Notes: a model not told the origin generated them from the sequence alone. A stretch of 24,225 nucleotides of DNA from a virus (IMGVR_UViG_3300014656_000138:1-24225), one strand, 5' to 3'; positions 8,221-15,192 are shown, counted from the first letter of the stretch. Translations and numbers: made by a program.

Positions 8221-8598
8221 ATGAAATGCGACCATTGCGGCTATGAGTGGATTTCAGTTTCACCAGTTGAGGCACAGGAGTTGGAATGCCCGGTTTGTCA
8301 TGAGATGACTAGCGTAAAGGCCGGTCCGCCTGAGCCAGTGCCACCAACACTTCCAGTTAGAGATACCTACACCTACTGGTCGCGGCGTGACGCAGCCTCA
8401 CAGCGGATGCTGGCGCGGGTGCTGAACGAGAACCGCGTCAGGGATGAATGCCTGGAGATTGCGATGAAGGCATTGAAATGGTATGCCATCCGTATCCGTG
8501 TAATCGAGGCCCCTCGACGACACAGTGATGCGATAGATACACTGGCAGAAATTGAGCAACGCCTGGCCCAACTGGAGCCGGAGGAGGAGACGGGATGA
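8221..8598 (+). CDS. Zn-ribbon protein (CDHC...CPVC)
   Basis: AGGAGG RBS before ATG 8221; N-terminal CxxC pairs. Confidence 0.75.
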   Translation: MKCDHCGYEWISVSPVEAQELECPVCHEMTSVKAGPPEPVPPTLPVRDTYTYWSRRDAASQRMLARVLNENRVRDECLEIAMKALKWYAIRIRVIEAPRRHSDAIDTLAEIEQRLAQLEPEEETG

Positions 8599-9008
8599 TA
8601 ACAGAAACATATCCTGAGATGAATACCAAAATCGTCGGTATCCTGCGATGGGGCGGCGATGACCCAATGGCACTCTACGCCGCACAGCGCATTGAGGAAC
8701 TGGAGGCGGAGGTCGAGCAGCTGCAACACGAACTCCATGACGAACAAGTGCAGCGCAGATGGAAACGTGACACTCGCTGCAAACTAACAGCAATCTGGTA
8801 TATCCTAACCAACCGCAGCGTGATATATAACCTGTACTTCGACAAAGAACATCCACTGACCCTCGCGCCTCGGAACATGACGCCTGATACACTCGTGACA
8901 CGTTGCGAGTTTGATGGAGTAGGGGTAGCGCCTGACGATTTCCACAAGGCCCCTGGTATATCAGAAAGGCTGGAGAAATGCAAGATGAGAAAAGCCAATG
9001 ACCATTAA
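8595..9008 (+). CDS. Hypothetical protein with short coiled coil
   Basis: ATGA overlap; GAGGAG RBS; YAAQRIEELEAEVEQL. Confidence 0.75.
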   Translation: MITETYPEMNTKIVGILRWGGDDPMALYAAQRIEELEAEVEQLQHELHDEQVQRRWKRDTRCKLTAIWYILTNRSVIYNLYFDKEHPLTLAPRNMTPDTLVTRCEFDGVGVAPDDFHKAPGISERLEKCKMRKANDH

Positions 9009-9591
9009 CCAGGTCTTCTGCCCGTGGTGTCTCGGCGCTCTGGCCGTCATCGTCCTGGTGTACTTCACCTGGGCACTATGCCGGATCGCGGCGCTGAGCG
9101 ACCAGGCGATGGAGGAGATGAATGAACTACACCTTAACGTCATGATGCCCGACGACCTGCTGGACGCGCTGGACGCCTTCGCCGCTGAGCATGGCTACAA
9201 CCGCTCAGAAGCCGCGCGATTGGCAGTCTGGCGTATGCTGAATGCGCCGGAACCTTACATCGCGCCGGCCCTGCCGAATTGGCGCGTGGCGGCGTGGACA
9301 AGTCTCTTGCGCGGCGTGTTCGGTACAAAGCACCTGGTGCTCACCGATGAAATTAAACCAATGCTGAGAGACGCCGTCGCTGCGTTGAACGAGCGCGAGA
9401 GCCAGGTGCTGAGCATGCGATTCGGCCTAGACGGTCCACGGCATACGCTGAAAGAAGTCGGCGCAGCGCAAGGCGTCAAACGAGAACGAGCACGCCAGAT
9501 CGAGGTGCAGGCACTGCGCCGCGTGCGCAGGTGGTGTCGGGATCACGGCATTTGGGATCTGCTGAAGGAACAGTTGGAAAAGGAAAAGTGA
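8998..9591 (+). CDS. Transcription regulator: N-terminal hydrophobic helix + ribbon-helix-helix (CopG-like) + sigma70 region 4 HTH
   Basis: LHLNVMMPDDLLDALDAFAAEHGYNRSEAARLAV (RHH); LNERESQVLSMRFGLDGPRHTLKEVGAAQGVKRERARQIEVQALRRVR (RpoD-type region 4.2). Start uncertain (8998 or 9118). Confidence 0.8.
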   Translation: MTINQVFCPWCLGALAVIVLVYFTWALCRIAALSDQAMEEMNELHLNVMMPDDLLDALDAFAAEHGYNRSEAARLAVWRMLNAPEPYIAPALPNWRVAAWTSLLRGVFGTKHLVLTDEIKPMLRDAVAALNERESQVLSMRFGLDGPRHTLKEVGAAQGVKRERARQIEVQALRRVRRWCRDHGIWDLLKEQLEKEK

Positions 9592-9672
9592 CCAGATAGA
9601 GCCACCCGTCGCCGGGGCGCTGGAGGCGGGCGGCGGTGTCTGGTGCCGGGGACTTGACAAGAGGAGAAGGCG

Positions 9673-9891
9673 ATGATCGAAGGATTAGGAATGTACTGTA
9701 TAGGCGGCGTGGCGCTCGGTCTCATCCTGAGCGTCGTGATCGCCGTTGTGAAACTCCGGCTAGAGCATGAGACGAAACGCCTAAAGCGGGAGGAGCAGGC
9801 GCGGTTGCTTGCCTGGGAGCAGGACGAGGATGAGCATCTGGCAGCGTCACGGTTGCGGCTGCGCGAGATGACGGCACGAAAAGAGGCTTAA
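9673..9891 (+). CDS. Small membrane-anchored protein
   Basis: GAGGAG RBS; N-terminal TM followed by charged helix. Confidence 0.7.
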   Translation: MIEGLGMYCIGGVALGLILSVVIAVVKLRLEHETKRLKREEQARLLAWEQDEDEHLAASRLRLREMTARKEA

Positions 9892-9911
9892 TGAAGTGGA
9901 GAAATTGCCTC

Positions 9912-9940
9912 TTGACAAGTTGAGGAAAGCATGGTAAAAT
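9912..9940 (+). promoter_or_regulatory. Sigma70-type promoter of the replication operon
   Basis: TTGACA (9912-9917), 17 bp, TAAAAT (9935-9940), with TG extended -10. Confidence 0.85.
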
Positions 9941-9967
9941 GAGATTGTGTGAGAGAAAACACACACC

Positions 9968-10097
9968 GGGCTGTAGCGGGCCTAAGATAATGCAAACAGT
10001 CAACAGGCACTTTTGACCAGTGCCGGTGGCCGACCCTATTGTTTGCAAGGGAACCGCTACCGGCCCACCGGGACTGGTCAGAGGTGCTTTTTGTTTT
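9968..10097 (+). ncRNA. c4/CI-antisense-like structured leader RNA or attenuator
   Basis: Long stem 10005-10032/10061-10090 followed by a T-run; loop boxes TGTTTGCA and CCGCTAC are exact complements of upstream TGCAAACA (9991) and GTAGCGG (9973). Confidence 0.7.
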
Positions 10098-10114
10098 GAA
10101 TAGGAGTTTACAGC

Positions 10115-10957
10115 ATGGCCGACTATCGTCAAATTCATACTAAAATCTGGAAGGACGGATGGTTCCTTGACTTGTGCACAGAGGACAAATTGCTTTTCAT
10201 ATATCTGTTTAGCAATGAACGCGCCAGCCTTGCCGGACTCTACGATCTGCCCATCAAGGTTATCGTATTTGAAACTGGTATCCCGCTAGAGCAAGTCAGG
10301 TCTTGCCTAGAGCGATTTGAAAAGGCGGGCAAGGTAAGGTGCATAAACGGCTGGGTGTGGATTCCCAACCTGATTAGATACAATGCACGGAACATAGAGA
10401 GCCCCAAGATACAAATCCACCTCAAAACACTTCTTGCTGAGATACCCAACTGTGAACTTAAACAAGCCTGGACAGAATACTATAACGGTATCGTGAGTGA
10501 AGAATACCGCATAGATACCCTCTATATACCTAATCTACATGAACATGAACAGGAGATAGAACACGAGCACGAAAAAGAACAGGATTGCGAAATTACGCCT
10601 TCGGCGGCTACCGCCCATCCGCCCACGGCAAAGACAAAAGCCAAAACATCAAAGCCAAAAGCAAAGACACCAGAGGCCGTCCGAGTCTTCCGAGAGAACG
10701 CGCATCGCTACCCTGCCAAGTCCTGGTATGCTGACATTGCCGAGGCCGTGGGTGAAGAGTCCTCCAACCTGAAACTATGGGGCCAGATCGTCAAAGCGTA
10801 CATTGGCTGTGGATGGAATCCGGGCAACGTCAAGAATATGTTAGAGTTCTATGGACGTCGGGAGATACCGGCCACCAAAGGACAACGTAATGCTAATGCG
10901 TCACCTCACGCCGGCATTCACCAGTGGCTCAAAGAGCAAGGAGTTGAGGTGCAATGA
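10115..10957 (+). CDS. Phage replication initiator (replisome organiser-type)
   Basis: YRQIHTKIWKDGWF.DL..EDKLLFIYLFSN...AGLY.L....I..ETG N-terminus, HEHEQE linker, position upstream of a G39P-like gene. Confidence 0.85.
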   Translation: MADYRQIHTKIWKDGWFLDLCTEDKLLFIYLFSNERASLAGLYDLPIKVIVFETGIPLEQVRSCLERFEKAGKVRCINGWVWIPNLIRYNARNIESPKIQIHLKTLLAEIPNCELKQAWTEYYNGIVSEEYRIDTLYIPNLHEHEQEIEHEHEKEQDCEITPSAATAHPPTAKTKAKTSKPKAKTPEAVRVFRENAHRYPAKSWYADIAEAVGEESSNLKLWGQIVKAYIGCGWNPGNVKNMLEFYGRREIPATKGQRNANASPHAGIHQWLKEQGVEVQ

Positions 10958-11517
10958 TAGACGAACTGGAATTCGGTAAGATACTGGCAGTCCTGGAAGA
11001 TATGTACCCGCGCTACACGCTAGAGCCTCGCGTGGTCAAAGCATACTACGCCGTCCTGGGCGACCTGGACGTTGACTTGCTCAAAGCTGCTACTCTCCAG
11101 ATCGGTAGTGAGAATCGTCCGTTTTTTCCAGCCGCCGGTGAGTTGCGCCAATGTGCTTTCGACCTGGTGGAGCGACAGTCCGGTGTACCGACTGCCTGGG
11201 ACGCCTGGTCCGAGGTATGCAAGCGGATCGGTGAACATGGCTATGTGCGCGTGCCAGAGTTCAGCCACCCGCTGATAAAACGAGCGGTTGATGGCGTGGG
11301 TGGATGGTTGCAACTGTGCTGGAGTGAGAACGCGGTCGCCGATCGAGCGCGGTTCGTGCAAGCATATGAGACACTGGCGCAGCGCGAGCGTGCTCAGTTC
11401 AGAATGCTTCCGGCTGTACGCGAGGTATTAGAGTTGGCAGGCGGCGAACAACGACGGGCGGTAGAGGCACTGACAAGTGAGTGCGCCGATAAACTGCGAG
11501 AACCCCGCCGCCCGTGA
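10954..11517 (+). CDS. Replicative helicase loader/inhibitor, SPP1 G39P-like
   Basis: EFGKILAVL..MYP...YYAVLGDLD...FFPAAGELR...AWDAW.EV...I...G...ADRARF..AYE pattern; ATGA-coupled to the initiator. Confidence 0.8.
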   Translation: MIDELEFGKILAVLEDMYPRYTLEPRVVKAYYAVLGDLDVDLLKAATLQIGSENRPFFPAAGELRQCAFDLVERQSGVPTAWDAWSEVCKRIGEHGYVRVPEFSHPLIKRAVDGVGGWLQLCWSENAVADRARFVQAYETLAQRERAQFRMLPAVREVLELAGGEQRRAVEALTSECADKLREPRRP

Positions 11518-11554
11518 GCCTGTAGCAGGCGGCGCGGGCAATAGATGAAAGGAG
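11503..11554 (+). repeat. Hairpin + RBS leader, copy 1
   Basis: 11531-11554 matches 11911-11934 at 23/24 nt; upstream TGAG(C/G)CTGTAGC also shared. Confidence 0.85.
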
Positions 11555-11564
11555 ATAATATCAA

Positions 11565-11858
11565 ATGAGTACTAACATAGAATGGGCAAGAAATCCAGAT
11601 GGATCGAAAGGCAAAACCACAAGGGATGTGACTATATCCCATGAGCCCGCGGGGGCGCAGGAAATAAACCAACGTCTGGTCAGCGAACTCAAGGACTGTC
11701 GTAAGCAACTGATGGATGCTCAGTCTGACGCACACTTCCATGAGAGACTATACAGAGAACTTACGGAGTTCACGGACGAGTGGAAACGGAGAGATGAGAA
11801 GGCAGAGACCGAGATTGAGCAACTATGCAAGGAGCACGCCACGCCCGCCAACAAGTGA
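11565..11858 (+). CDS. Chimeric ORF: Gp37/Gp68-like N-terminal 18 aa fused to a coiled coil
   Basis: MSTNIEWARNPDGSKGKT resembles a Gp37/Gp68 (DUF5131) start but lacks the following WNP.TGC motif. Confidence 0.6.
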   Translation: MSTNIEWARNPDGSKGKTTRDVTISHEPAGAQEINQRLVSELKDCRKQLMDAQSDAHFHERLYRELTEFTDEWKRRDEKAETEIEQLCKEHATPANK

Positions 11859-11887
11859 GCACCATCGAGTCAGGTGCAAGTGAGTTT

Positions 11888-11934
11888 CCTGCGCCGCTGA
11901 GGCTGTAGCGGGCGCGGGCAATAGATAAAAGGAG
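11888..11934 (+). repeat. Hairpin + RBS leader, copy 2
   Basis: CCTGCGCCGCT/AGCGGGCGCGGG stem; near-identical to copy 1, 380 bp downstream. Confidence 0.85.
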
Positions 11935-11941
11935 GAAACGA

Positions 11942-12172
11942 ATGTCGAAAACGAAGATAGAATGGACTAACGAAGTCTGGAATCCCGTGACCGGCTGCAC
12001 GCCAATTAGCGAGGGCTGCCGCAACTGCTACGCCAAGCGCATGGCCAGGCGGCTGGCGGGCAGGTGCGGCTACCCCGAAGTGCCTCATCACTTCGACATC
12101 ACGTTGCACCCTGAGCGATTGGCTCAACCCATAACGCGAAGGAAGCCGTCAATGTATTTCGTTAGAGATTGA
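11942..12172 (+). pseudogene. Truncated phage Gp37/Gp68 (DUF5131) radical-SAM protein
   Basis: KIEWT...WNPVTGCTPISEGCRNCYA...LHPERL..P..RRKP..YFV then stop at 76 aa; family members are normally well over 200 aa. Confidence 0.85.
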
Positions 12173-12266
12173 AACCGGCTGTGGGCTCATCATCATCGGT
12201 GGCATACTCATCATCGTCTGCGCCGTGGCGTTGGCGCTGTTACTAGCGTATGTCCTCGGCCTGTGA
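12162..12266 (+). pseudogene. Start-less remnant of a small membrane protein gene
   Basis: Frame reads LEIETGCGLIIIGGILIIVCAVALALLLAYVLGL* with no start codon after the in-frame TAA at 12132. Confidence 0.45.
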
Positions 12267-12291
12267 ATGTAGGTAAGATGAAAGGAGACAC

Positions 12292-12570
12292 ATGAGAACA
12301 CTAAAAGAGACGCTTCAGGCAGCCGTTGTCGCACTGGATGCGACGACAACAGATGACAAACTCATCCGCGTCTGGCGTTACAAGGATGCGCCGCCGGAAT
12401 TGCAGGCGCTGAGTGACAACGGCGGTGATGAGGACTGGCTGGCCGTTGTGCCAGATGCGATAGATCGGAATCCCTATATTTCCTGGCTCGCTATTCCCTG
12501 CTTCGGTTTCTGCGATGTGGATCAGTACCCAATAGCGGGCGCGATGGTGTACATCGGGTGTCACGCATGA
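12292..12570 (+). CDS. Hypothetical protein
   Basis: AAAGGAG RBS; IRVWRY.DAP.EL..LS.NGGDEDWLA. Confidence 0.8.
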   Translation: MRTLKETLQAAVVALDATTTDDKLIRVWRYKDAPPELQALSDNGGDEDWLAVVPDAIDRNPYISWLAIPCFGFCDVDQYPIAGAMVYIGCHA

Positions 12571-12592
12571 GCGCCTATATTAAGGAGGCACA

Positions 12593-12703
12593 ATGATATA
12601 CAAACCGGGTGAGATGACACTAGTTCAGGCCGTGGCGATCGGCCTCATCGTCGGCGTCGTCATGGTGGCGCTGGCGCTGGTGGCGAAAGTGGTGTGCAGG
12701 TGA
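12593..12703 (+). CDS. Small membrane peptide, 36 aa (not in ORF track)
   Basis: TAAGGAGG RBS; MIYKPGEMTLVQAVAIGLIVGVVMVALALVAKVVCR. Confidence 0.65.
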   Translation: MIYKPGEMTLVQAVAIGLIVGVVMVALALVAKVVCR

Positions 12704-13083
12704 CAGAGGCGAAAGCGCCATATAGCGCACGGCGTGGCGTGTTCACCCTGGTGGTGCCTGGCAACCCAATACCGAAGGGTCGCCCACGTGTTGTGGATGG
12801 GCACGCCTATACGCCGAAAGCAACCAGGGACTATGAGGCGCTGGTGAGGGGTGCGGCGGCGCTGGCATGGCCGCACGATCCGATGGTTGGCCCGCTGGAG
12901 GTTGAGTTGATATTCTACCGTGAGAACCTGCGGCGGGCCGATTTTGATAATCTCACGAAAGCCGTCGTGGATGCGTTACAGGGCGTTGTGCTGATTGACG
13001 ATAATCAGATAGTCCATGCGGTGATATGGAAGCGGGCTGATCGTGTTAATCCGCGCGTGGTGATCGTGGTACAAGAGGTATAG
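12694..13083 (+). CDS. rusA: RusA-family Holliday junction resolvase
   Basis: VPGNPIPKGRPR...YTPKATRDYE...ADFDNLTKAVVDALQG....DDNQIV...NPRV.I; start may be GTG 12700. Confidence 0.92.
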   Translation: MQVTEAKAPYSARRGVFTLVVPGNPIPKGRPRVVDGHAYTPKATRDYEALVRGAAALAWPHDPMVGPLEVELIFYRENLRRADFDNLTKAVVDALQGVVLIDDNQIVHAVIWKRADRVNPRVVIVVQEV

Positions 13084-13087
13084 AATA

Positions 13088-13294
13088 ATGAATGACAATA
13101 TGGCCGTGCTATGCCGGGAAACCCTGATGCTTTGCGACGGTTACGGCTGTGCACTTCTCAATAGTTGTGATTGGTGCTGTATGCTAGAGCGCGGCCACAG
13201 CGGCCCACACTACGATGAATTTGAGCATGACGGCCAAACGGTCGTTGTTGCGTGGCACTCCGAAAAGTTCAGGGTGGCGATTGCTAGCGAGTAG
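13088..13294 (+). CDS. Hypothetical Cys/His-rich protein
   Basis: GAGGT RBS; C.LERGHSGPH motif; last gene of the + arm. Confidence 0.65.
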   Translation: MNDNMAVLCRETLMLCDGYGCALLNSCDWCCMLERGHSGPHYDEFEHDGQTVVVAWHSEKFRVAIASE

Positions 13295-13295
13295 C

Positions 13296-13577
13296 CTACC
13301 ACGCCCCCGTCAATTTAGTCAGCACCGCCAACAGCGTCCCCACCTCTGCCACCTGTAGTGCCACCCGCCACAGCCTGTCGCCCTGCCGCACCTGTGTATT
13401 TGCCAGCGTCTCTATTCGCTCACGCAGGCTTGCGTGGACGTTCTTGTCGTGTCCGTTGCGCCAGGCTTCCAGGCTCGCCGCCCGCTCACATAGCATCCCG
13501 ATGTTCGCGGCCAGTTCGTTGACGCGAGACTGGAGGCGCTGTAATTCGTCGAGTAGCATTTGGTTTGTGACTGCCAT
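13296..13577 (-). CDS. Holin-like / XhlA-like lysis accessory protein
   Basis: Coiled coil followed by hydrophobic C-terminus; immediately downstream of the endolysin. Confidence 0.55.
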   Translation of the reverse strand: MAVTNQMLLDELQRLQSRVNELAANIGMLCERAASLEAWRNGHDKNVHASLRERIETLANTQVRQGDRLWRVALQVAEVGTLLAVLTKLTGAW

Positions 13578-13578
13578 G

Positions 13579-14340
13579 TTATCCTATTCTCAATGATGCA
13601 TCTACTGTGTCCGAATCAAGGTGCGCCTTCAGCACTGATACCGGATCAACCCATCGCGCCAACTTCTCACCACTTGTGGCCCCGCTCATGCTTGTCCACC
13701 ACACGCATGGATGGAAAGCCTCTTCGCACATGTCGAAGTGCAAGTGATCGCCGCCTTTGTAATCACCGAGGTGGCCCAGTTCTTGCCCTGCCCCAACTGG
13801 TAGCCCAGGACGCCACGACTTGAACAGGTCATCATCAGCCAAGTGCCAATACCTGACCCAAAGTGGCTTCTCATCGTGCATCACCTTGATAACGATGGAT
13901 GCAAGGCATGTCTGGCTATAGCCTGTGGCGTAGATCATGCCGTCGGTTATGGCAGAGACAGGTTGACCTCTATCAACGTCGCCGCGAGGCAGCACCTCCA
14001 CATTGTAGTCGATTCCAGTGTGGATGCCTCCTGCCCAAATTGTCCCGTGCTCCAGGTGGCGTGAGGCGATGTACCACTTCTCGATGGGGTACTCGTCCGA
14101 CCCGACGGGGAAGTGCCAAGATGGAGATTCGAGCACCTTGAAATAGGCCCGCCCCTCCAGTGTCAGCAGCGCAAAGTCGGCTCCCGCTTCGTTGAGGCAG
14201 TGCACGTCGGGGCCAGGGACACCGTCAATGTGTGGAGCGCTTTTAACATAGATGAGATTCGCCTCCAGTCCGGCATGCTCTGTTTTGAGGTATGCCAACC
14301 CGCCGTTCAGGTCTGCAAACAGTTCCGCTATTGTATTCAT
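13579..14340 (-). CDS. M23-family peptidase, probable endolysin
   Basis: HTGIDYN (HxxxD), GQPVSAITDG, YWHL, HLHF (HxH) zinc motifs. Confidence 0.88.
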   Translation of the reverse strand: MNTIAELFADLNGGLAYLKTEHAGLEANLIYVKSAPHIDGVPGPDVHCLNEAGADFALLTLEGRAYFKVLESPSWHFPVGSDEYPIEKWYIASRHLEHGTIWAGGIHTGIDYNVEVLPRGDVDRGQPVSAITDGMIYATGYSQTCLASIVIKVMHDEKPLWVRYWHLADDDLFKSWRPGLPVGAGQELGHLGDYKGGDHLHFDMCEEAFHPCVWWTSMSGATSGEKLARWVDPVSVLKAHLDSDTVDASLRIG

Positions 14341-15107
14341 TGGCTACTCCTTACGACTGGCAAAAACGCTTGATAGGTTACATCACGCAGCACGGCGTCA
14401 TCAAGGTAGACGTCGTCGTGCTTCAACGGGTGCGAAGCCTCAGACTTCACAATCACGGTGATCCTATCCCCCTGCGCCTGGACGCGCGCAACCGTCAGCG
14501 GTTCACCATAGACGCCGTATATCTCCTGCGCCTTGCCCCACTCAACTGTGGAGGCCACAGGGTCAACACCGCCCGTCGGGTCAATGCCAACTGACAAATA
14601 GTCCTGCGCCCAGAAGATCGGTGTCACGCAATCGGTATCATAGGGCGGATCGTGCGGCCTGCTGCTACAGCGCGAGAACCAGGCATGACCGTAGATGCTG
14701 AAGGTGTAGTAGTGTCCAGGCTCGACCACCACTTGCTGTAGCAGTCCGCCATCATGGCAACGCCAGTAAGTGAACCACTGAGTAGCCTGCCTGCCACTGT
14801 GAACGCGCACGGCGTCTGGTGTCGCTGAGATGATACGCACCTCCGGCCTGCCGGTGCGCCAGTCATTCGTGCCACTGCACAGGAAGTCCTCGCGCCACCA
14901 GGCCGTCCAGCCAACCGGCGGCGCGATCTCTTGATACTGCCAGTCAAACGGCCCGCCTTCTGGCGTCCAGAACAACGTTGCCAGATGCCAGCCTTCCTCA
15001 AAGCCGCCGTTCACCAGCAGCAGCGGTGCAGGCGCTTGTGCTTTGTCACGGGAGATGCATCCCGCCAGCAGGATTAAGCACATTGCGATCGCGCTAAATC
15101 GTCTCAT
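14337..15107 (-). CDS. Lipoprotein with carbohydrate-binding-like domain and C-terminal FLPVVR motif
   Basis: Start revised to MRRFSAIAMCLILLAGC (lipobox LAGC); LLVNGGFEEG...GLLQQVVVEPGHYYTFS...VYLDDA beta-sandwich pattern. Confidence 0.75.
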   Translation of the reverse strand: MRRFSAIAMCLILLAGCISRDKAQAPAPLLLVNGGFEEGWHLATLFWTPEGGPFDWQYQEIAPPVGWTAWWREDFLCSGTNDWRTGRPEVRIISATPDAVRVHSGRQATQWFTYWRCHDGGLLQQVVVEPGHYYTFSIYGHAWFSRCSSRPHDPPYDTDCVTPIFWAQDYLSVGIDPTGGVDPVASTVEWGKAQEIYGVYGEPLTVARVQAQGDRITVIVKSEASHPLKHDDVYLDDAVLRDVTYQAFLPVVRSSQ

Positions 15108-15192
15108 TCTACCACCCTTGCCAGTAGCCACCACAGTACCGATGTTAGCCGCTGGCGACCTGTCTCATTCAAGAGATGTGACTATGTCAAAG

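Noticed and set aside
9654-9682. TTGACA upstream of ORF 9673
   Set aside because: No -10 element at 16-18 bp.
2021-12683. GCTGGTGG (E. coli Chi) at about 2021, 2168, 4165 and 12676
   Set aside because: Explained by common codon pairs in GC-rich coding sequence; the host is unlikely to be enteric.
444-12876. Many - strand ORFs in the early arm and + strand ORFs in the late arm
   Set aside because: Shadow frames of GC-rich genes, with no RBS or recognisable motifs.
15160-15190. TTGACA on - strand upstream of the lipoprotein (possible moron promoter)
   Set aside because: No convincing -10 at proper spacing.
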